Origin: an uncultured Gammaproteobacteria bacterium
GTDB lineage: Bacteria > Pseudomonadota > Gammaproteobacteria > DRJJ01
NCBI GenBank assembly: GCA_947258795.1
Contig: CAMYJU010000007.1
Coordinates: forward strand, 129,392-193,391
DNA: 64,000 nucleotides
Direction: 5' to 3'
Shown: positions 58,914 through 64,000 of the stretch, piece after piece
How positions within the stretch are numbered: the stretch's first letter is position 1
Layout of the letters: every line of letters begins with the position of its first letter
The notes under the pieces: model-generated
Told to the model about the DNA's origin: nothing
What the model saw: only the letters and a program-made list of their open reading frames with translations
The model's database searches: none
Made by a program: the position numbers and the translations under genes

Positions 58914-59858
58914 ATGATGTCTGAAAAGGCCGGCTACTCACTCATGATCCACGGTGGCGCAGGAGCGCTCGATAATATCCGGGATAGTGACACGGCCGTC
59001 CGCTACCTGGAAAGTCTGCGTGGTATCCTGGAACATGGTCGCGATATTCTGGGGCTGGGTGGATCTGCGCTGGAAGCAGTAGAGGCCTGCGCATCCCTGC
59101 TGGAAGACGATCCCGTTTTTAATGCGGGATGTGGCTCGGTTCTGAATGAAGACGGAAAAGTGGAAATGGATGCAGCGATCATGGATGGCCGTGATTTGTC
59201 CGCCGGCGCCGTTGCTGCAGTTGATAATATCGCCAACCCGATTCAGCTCGCACGTCTGGTGATGACCATGAGCGAGCATGTCCTGCTGATAGCCGAAGGT
59301 GCAGAGCGCTTTGCCGAGCATTGTGGAATGGAGCGAGCACCGGAAAACTATTTTTACACGCCAGATCGCATAGAGCAGTTAAAACTGGCCCGCCTCAAGC
59401 ACAAGGTTATGCTGGATCATGACAGTACTGAAGAAGACAGCGAAGACCAGAAGTATGGCACCATTGGTGCTGTTGCTTATGATATGCAGGGTAATCTCGC
59501 TGCGGCAACCTCGACCGGGGGTATAGTCAATAAACGCATGGGAAGGGTGGGTGATTCACCGATTATCGGTGCCGGGGTCTATGCCGATAATGAAACCTGT
59601 GCTGTATCGGCTACCGGATATGGCGAGGATTTCATGCGTACGGTAATAGCCAAGACCATATCGGATTTTGTTTACCTAAAGGACATGGATGCCGAGGAAG
59701 CAACCCGGGCGGGTATCGAGTATTTACGACGCAGGGTAAAGGGGCGTGGCGGTGTGATCGTCATCGACCGGAACGGAAACTGCTCCAGTGGTTTTACAAC
59801 CAAAAAAATGATACATGGCTGGATTGAGAAAGGCGGCGAGGCCGTGGTTCGTTTCTAG
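58914..59858 (+). CDS. Isoaspartyl peptidase / L-asparaginase (Ntn-hydrolase, plant-type asparaginase family)
   Basis: YGTIGAVAYDMQGNLAAATSTGG contains the autoproteolytic Thr nucleophile context. HGGAG is at the N-terminus. Confidence 0.75.
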   Translation: MMSEKAGYSLMIHGGAGALDNIRDSDTAVRYLESLRGILEHGRDILGLGGSALEAVEACASLLEDDPVFNAGCGSVLNEDGKVEMDAAIMDGRDLSAGAVAAVDNIANPIQLARLVMTMSEHVLLIAEGAERFAEHCGMERAPENYFYTPDRIEQLKLARLKHKVMLDHDSTEEDSEDQKYGTIGAVAYDMQGNLAAATSTGGIVNKRMGRVGDSPIIGAGVYADNETCAVSATGYGEDFMRTVIAKTISDFVYLKDMDAEEATRAGIEYLRRRVKGRGGVIVIDRNGNCSSGFTTKKMIHGWIEKGGEAVVRF

Positions 59859-60136
59859 GTATTCCTGGCTATCACCGTCAGAGTTCTTTAATCTCCCGTT
59901 TGTTGCGATATGCCCACCAAGCGAAACAATACAATATCTGACTGTTAAAAACAGTAGTAGCTGCTCGCATTCCGTTAGTTTGGTAAATTGGCAGCTGCTA
60001 ACCAGGTGGTAGCTAGTTTGCTTTCATTTTACAAGATAAAATAGAGTCACTTGTACAGTTTATCTATTGAGGCAGGTGACATATAGATACAATTATTTCT
60101 ATCGTCCAGACTGCTGGCGGGCTCGGCCTTTTCCTG

Positions 60137-61675
60137 TTGGGCATGATCGTGATGACCGATGGCTTAAAGGAACTAGCCGGAGCTGCTCTGCGTGGTCGCT
60201 TAATCCGGTTTACACGTAGCCCTGCGACAGGTGCCCTGTCTGGTGCCGCGACCACCGCTATTCTGCAATCTTCCAGTGCTACGACAGTCGCTGCTGTGGG
60301 TTTTGTCGGTGCCGGTCTGCTCACCTTTCCCGAGGCGTTAGGTATTATATTCGGGGCCAATATAGGTACTACCATTACCGGCTGGATGGTGGCGCTGCTG
60401 GGATTCAAACTCAAACTGGGCACCTTTGTGATGCCCCTGATACTGATTGGTGCGATTTTGCGTCTTTTCGCGAAGGGCCGCCTGAAATCTGTCGGCTATG
60501 CGATAGCCGGTTTTGGTCTTATTTTCGTTGGTATTTCATTCATGCAACAGGGCATGGATGGTATATCGCAGTTCATGACGCCTGATGTTTTGCCGCAGGA
60601 TACGCTGGCTGGTCGGATCAAGCTGGTATTGCTGGGAATTGTGATAACGATTATTACCCAGTCCTCCAGTGCCGGCGTGGCGGGCACACTGGCGGCACTT
60701 TATGCCGGTGCGGTCAATTTCGAACAGGCCGCGGCGATGGTCATTGGTATGGATATCGGTACCACGGTAACGGCGCTGATTGCATCCATAGGTGGATCGA
60801 TCGATTCACGACGCACTGCCATATCGCATGTTTCCTACAACCTGATTACCGGGACGGGCGCTTTGATTCTGATTACTCCCTATATGCTGCTATGGGAATT
60901 TGTTGCACCGGGGACGCTGCTGGCCCATGCGGAGGTCGCGCTGGTTGCGTTTCACACCTCGTTTAACACGATAGGTGTGATGATTGCGGTCCCGTTCGCG
61001 AAACAGTTTGCACGCCTGATGAAAAGCTTGGTGCCAGGCCAGGGACCTGCCGTTACCCGGCGTCTGGATAAGGCCCTGCTTGAGCAGCCCGAACTGGCGT
61101 TGAAGGGCTCGCAGGAGACGGTGCGCACAGAGTTGCTGGTGTTACTGAAGCATGTGAATGCGATGCTGGGGCAAACTGCAGCGGCACATCATGCTGATAT
61201 GATTGAACTGCAACATGCACTGGAACAGACACAGGAGTTTGTTGACCGGATTCATCTGAGCACGAAAGAGGATATCAACTGGAATCGCCTGGTCGCGATC
61301 ATTCACTCCCTGGATCATTTGCAAAGACTGCACGAGCGTTGCGAGGAGGAAAATCGCGCCAGTATTGCATCGACTGCGCCCGATCTGGAGGAAGGCTGTC
61401 AGTTGCTGGTCGAAACCAACACCTGGATCATTGAGCATATTGAGGCAAACCAGTGGGTCCGGGCAGCGCGGATGGCAGCGGATACGGCAGAGCGTATACA
61501 CAGACAGGTTGAGCCCCTGCGTAGTGTGATGATGAATCGTGTCGCCAGTGGTGAAATCGATGTGCCTACCGGAACCAACCTGCTCGAAGCAATACGCTGG
61601 CTGCGGCGCGTCAGTATCCATGTTGCCCGTATCACCGAACACTATGAAAAAGCCATGATTTCAGTAGGCGAATAA
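60137..61675 (+). CDS. Na+/phosphate cotransporter family protein (NptA/YjbB-like) with a C-terminal PhoU-like region. Start uncertain.
   Basis: Duplicated ...SSSATTVAAVGFVGAG and ...QSSSAGVAGTLAALYAGA motifs. The conserved N-terminal helix IISIVQTAGGLGLFLLG continues in frame upstream of 60137 back to a stop at 60077 without any ATG. Confidence 0.65.
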   Translation: MGMIVMTDGLKELAGAALRGRLIRFTRSPATGALSGAATTAILQSSSATTVAAVGFVGAGLLTFPEALGIIFGANIGTTITGWMVALLGFKLKLGTFVMPLILIGAILRLFAKGRLKSVGYAIAGFGLIFVGISFMQQGMDGISQFMTPDVLPQDTLAGRIKLVLLGIVITIITQSSSAGVAGTLAALYAGAVNFEQAAAMVIGMDIGTTVTALIASIGGSIDSRRTAISHVSYNLITGTGALILITPYMLLWEFVAPGTLLAHAEVALVAFHTSFNTIGVMIAVPFAKQFARLMKSLVPGQGPAVTRRLDKALLEQPELALKGSQETVRTELLVLLKHVNAMLGQTAAAHHADMIELQHALEQTQEFVDRIHLSTKEDINWNRLVAIIHSLDHLQRLHERCEEENRASIASTAPDLEEGCQLLVETNTWIIEHIEANQWVRAARMAADTAERIHRQVEPLRSVMMNRVASGEIDVPTGTNLLEAIRWLRRVSIHVARITEHYEKAMISVGE

Positions 61676-61893
61676 AGCGTGAGAGGGTGTTCGTCAGCGC
61701 AGATTATGAGCCGAAATATCAGGCTGTTAAACCGGCCTGTCTGGTTTGCTGTTGAACAGGGGGGTGATCACCATCGTATTAGACATCTTGCCCCGACATC
61801 CCTAAAATTAGCTGAAGTCTGATCAGCGGCATCCGGTATTCACCAGCCTGCACAAGGCCAAAACAGGGATAGCGACATGGACTGTTTAACTGT

Positions 61894-63186
61894 ATGTGGA
61901 CAACAGCATTGGAGCTGACTTTACCAGTCAGCACGATTGAGGAATCCATCGCGGATGCCTACAGTCGGACCCGTCAGGCCTCCTTGTTGCTGTGTGATCA
62001 ACTGGAAGTTGAGGACTACGGTCTACAGGCCATGCCCGAAGTGAGTCCGCCCAAGTGGCATCTCGCTCATACCAGCTGGTTTTTCGAAACCTTTATCCTC
62101 AAGCCTTTTGTTCGCGGCTATCGCCTGTTTAATCCAGACTATGAATACATGTTTAACAGTTACTACCATGGTGTGGGTGCGCAGTATCCCCGTGCGCAAC
62201 GTGGATTGTTGTCAAGACCCACCGTGGCGGAAACACGGAACTACCGGCGTCATGTAGATGATGCAATGATAGCTTTGTTGCAGCTGACCGATCATTCTGA
62301 CAGGAATACCATCCTGCAGCGTTGTGAGCTGGGTCTGCACCATGAGCAGCAGCACCAGGAACTGTTCTGTACCGATATCAAATACAGTTTTTCATTTAAC
62401 CCCTTATACCCGGCCCTGGCCTGTGCACCGATGACGGCGCAACAGAACAGACTACCGGCATTGCAATTTCGCAATTTTGATGAGGTGGATGCCACTATCG
62501 GTTATACCGGCAATGGTTTCCATTTCGATAACGAGACACCAGCGCATGATTTTCAACTACCGGCCTTCCGCTTTGCCAGTCGTCTGGTGACCAATGCCGA
62601 GTATCTGGCATTTGTACAGGATGGTGGTTACTCGGACCCGATGTTGTGGCTATCTGATGGCTGGGCCTGGAGGCAGGCTGGTGACGTACGGCATCCGCGT
62701 TACTGGGTCATGCAGGACGACGACTGGTCTGAATATACCCTGTACGGTTTGCAGACGCTCGATCCTGATCGACCGGTCTGTCATGTCAGTTATTACGAGG
62801 CCGATGCCTACGCGCGCTGGTGTGGTAAACGACTACCCTCAGAGCAGGAATGGGAACGGGTCTGCCAACAAATAGATCCTGTCTCAACCAGTGCGTCTGT
62901 GAGTCTGCATCCGGCCGCTGCAACCGATAATGAAAACCGGGATATTGTGCAAATGTTCGGCCATGTCTGGCAATGGACCCGTTCCGCTTACTCACCGTAT
63001 CCCGGTTATCGAGCGGTAGAGGGGGCAATCGGTGAATACAACGGCAAGTTTATGTGTAACCAGATGGTGTTGCGTGGAAGTTCCTGTGTCACCCAGCCCG
63101 GACATGCACGAATGAGCTACCGGAATTTCTTTTATCCAAATGACCAATGGCAGTTTAGTGGTATACGCCTGGCCGATGATCTGTGA
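61894..63186 (+). CDS. egtB: Ergothioneine biosynthesis sulfoxide synthase (DinB-like domain plus FGE-sulfatase domain)
   Basis: N-terminal DinB_2-like HxxxE...HHEQQHQEL metal-binding motifs and a C-terminal FGE/SUMF-like domain (RGSSC, GIRLA). Confidence 0.75.
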   Translation: MWTTALELTLPVSTIEESIADAYSRTRQASLLLCDQLEVEDYGLQAMPEVSPPKWHLAHTSWFFETFILKPFVRGYRLFNPDYEYMFNSYYHGVGAQYPRAQRGLLSRPTVAETRNYRRHVDDAMIALLQLTDHSDRNTILQRCELGLHHEQQHQELFCTDIKYSFSFNPLYPALACAPMTAQQNRLPALQFRNFDEVDATIGYTGNGFHFDNETPAHDFQLPAFRFASRLVTNAEYLAFVQDGGYSDPMLWLSDGWAWRQAGDVRHPRYWVMQDDDWSEYTLYGLQTLDPDRPVCHVSYYEADAYARWCGKRLPSEQEWERVCQQIDPVSTSASVSLHPAAATDNENRDIVQMFGHVWQWTRSAYSPYPGYRAVEGAIGEYNGKFMCNQMVLRGSSCVTQPGHARMSYRNFFYPNDQWQFSGIRLADDL

Positions 63187-63210
63187 ATCTGACTGCAGAG
63201 GAAGCTTGAT

Positions 63211-64000
63211 ATGACACCTGCAATGGCTGAAAAAAAGGATGCAATCTATTATCATGAATTGCATGTACATGAAGACAACATGGCTGGCGAGGTGCACGAC
63301 GGGCTGAGTCGCCAACAGAAAACACTGTCGCCAAAGTTTTTCTACGACAAGCGTGGATCTGAACTGTTCGACGAGATAACGCGTTTACCGGAATACTATC
63401 CGACCCGTACTGAAATCAGTCTGCTCAGGCGGCATGTGCAGGAAATGGCAGAGCTGCTGGGAACACACAGCTTTCTGCTGGAGATGGGCAGCGGCAGCAG
63501 TATCAAGATACGCCTTTTACTCGAGGCGGCACGACCCAGTATTTATGTGCCGATGGATATATCTCGTGAACACCTGATTGCCTCATCACAACGTTTGGCA
63601 AATGATTATCCCTGGCTAACAATTCATGCTGCCTGTGTCGATTACTCAAGGACGTGGGACGTCCCGGACTTTGGTCCGGGACGCTACAATGCGTTTTTCC
63701 CGGGCTCCAGTATTGGTAATTTCGATCCGGTATCGGCCTTGCAGTTACTGAAACAGATAAGGCGTCTGGTTGGGAAAGAAGGCGGTCTGCTGATCGGGGT
63801 GGATCTTGAAAAGGAGCCTGGTATTCTTGAGGCGGCCTATAACGATGCGCAGGGAATTACGGCCAGTTTTAACCTGAATATGCTGAGGCATATCAATCAG
63901 CGTCTGCAAGCTGACTTTGAGCCGGATAATTTCGCTCACAAGGCGGTTTACAATTCGACTCAGGGACGCATCGAGATGCACCTGGAGTGTATGAAAGATC
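63211..64000 (+). CDS. egtD: L-histidine N-alpha-methyltransferase, 3' partial (runs off the window end)
   Basis: FFYDKRGSELFDEITRLPEYYPTRTE...LLEMGSGSS... is the EgtD signature. The ORF is open to the window end. Confidence 0.75.
   Translation, partial: MTPAMAEKKDAIYYHELHVHEDNMAGEVHDGLSRQQKTLSPKFFYDKRGSELFDEITRLPEYYPTRTEISLLRRHVQEMAELLGTHSFLLEMGSGSSIKIRLLLEAARPSIYVPMDISREHLIASSQRLANDYPWLTIHAACVDYSRTWDVPDFGPGRYNAFFPGSSIGNFDPVSALQLLKQIRRLVGKEGGLLIGVDLEKEPGILEAAYNDAQGITASFNLNMLRHINQRLQADFEPDNFAHKAVYNSTQGRIEMHLECMKD

Noticed and set aside
1-64000. CRISPR arrays, IS elements, integrases, rRNA/tRNA.
   Set aside because: No regularly spaced direct repeats, no transposase- or integrase-like ORFs and no tRNA-like cloverleaf candidates were evident on reading. 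Intergenic regions are short apart from promoter-like AT-rich stretches at 13.5-14.0, 31.2-31.8, 44.7-45.4 and 56.1-56.5 kb.

Overview
This 64 kb chromosomal window looks like it comes from a Gram-negative proteobacterium of moderate GC (my estimate by eye is mid-50s percent). Most genes sit in tight operons and there is no obvious prophage, IS element, CRISPR array or rRNA/tRNA. In order along the window:

- A 2-oxoacid:ferredoxin oxidoreductase operon (alpha subunit partial, then a fused gamma/delta subunit) with a Leu/Glu-type amino-acid dehydrogenase, and an MFS transporter.
- A phosphate-themed neighbourhood: a pyruvate-kinase-like protein, a CYTH-CHAD protein, a ParA-like ATPase and a PEP-utilising enzyme.
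- An RNA 3'-phosphate cyclase (RtcA) followed directly by a large fusion of a Clp1-type polynucleotide kinase with a metallo-beta-lactamase nuclease.
- A complete pstSCAB-phoU operon.
- Housekeeping genes: gap, a YbaK-like deacylase, a phosphoribosyltransferase, Hsp20, a CBS-domain protein and an HPF fused to a cold-shock domain.
- A CUT1 sugar ABC transporter, followed by a deleted relic of adenosylhomocysteinase.
- The most striking region, about 35.4 to 56.1 kb, is densely packed with multiheme c-type cytochromes (3, 8, about 8, 3, 18, about 8, 3, about 12 and 4 CxxCH motifs) arranged as two paralogous inner-membrane modules. Each module has a membrane-anchored multiheme cytochrome c, a di-heme-type cytochrome b membrane subunit, a TM-anchored triheme cytochrome and a paralogous secreted DUF protein. 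These sit beside an 18-heme cytochrome and, on the opposite strand, a porin-cytochrome-type outer-membrane operon: a tetraheme cytochrome, an NHL lipoprotein, a roughly 700-aa beta-barrel ending in Phe, a second NHL lipoprotein, and a 12-heme cytochrome with a poly-Gly tail. Together this looks like a complete inner-membrane to periplasm to outer-membrane extracellular electron transfer pathway.
- The window ends with an orphan frameshifted ATP synthase epsilon gene, an ATP-grasp/isoaspartyl-peptidase pair, a Na/Pi cotransporter and the ergothioneine genes egtB and egtD (egtD partial).

All calls come from reading the translated ORFs and the DNA by eye. No database searches were run.
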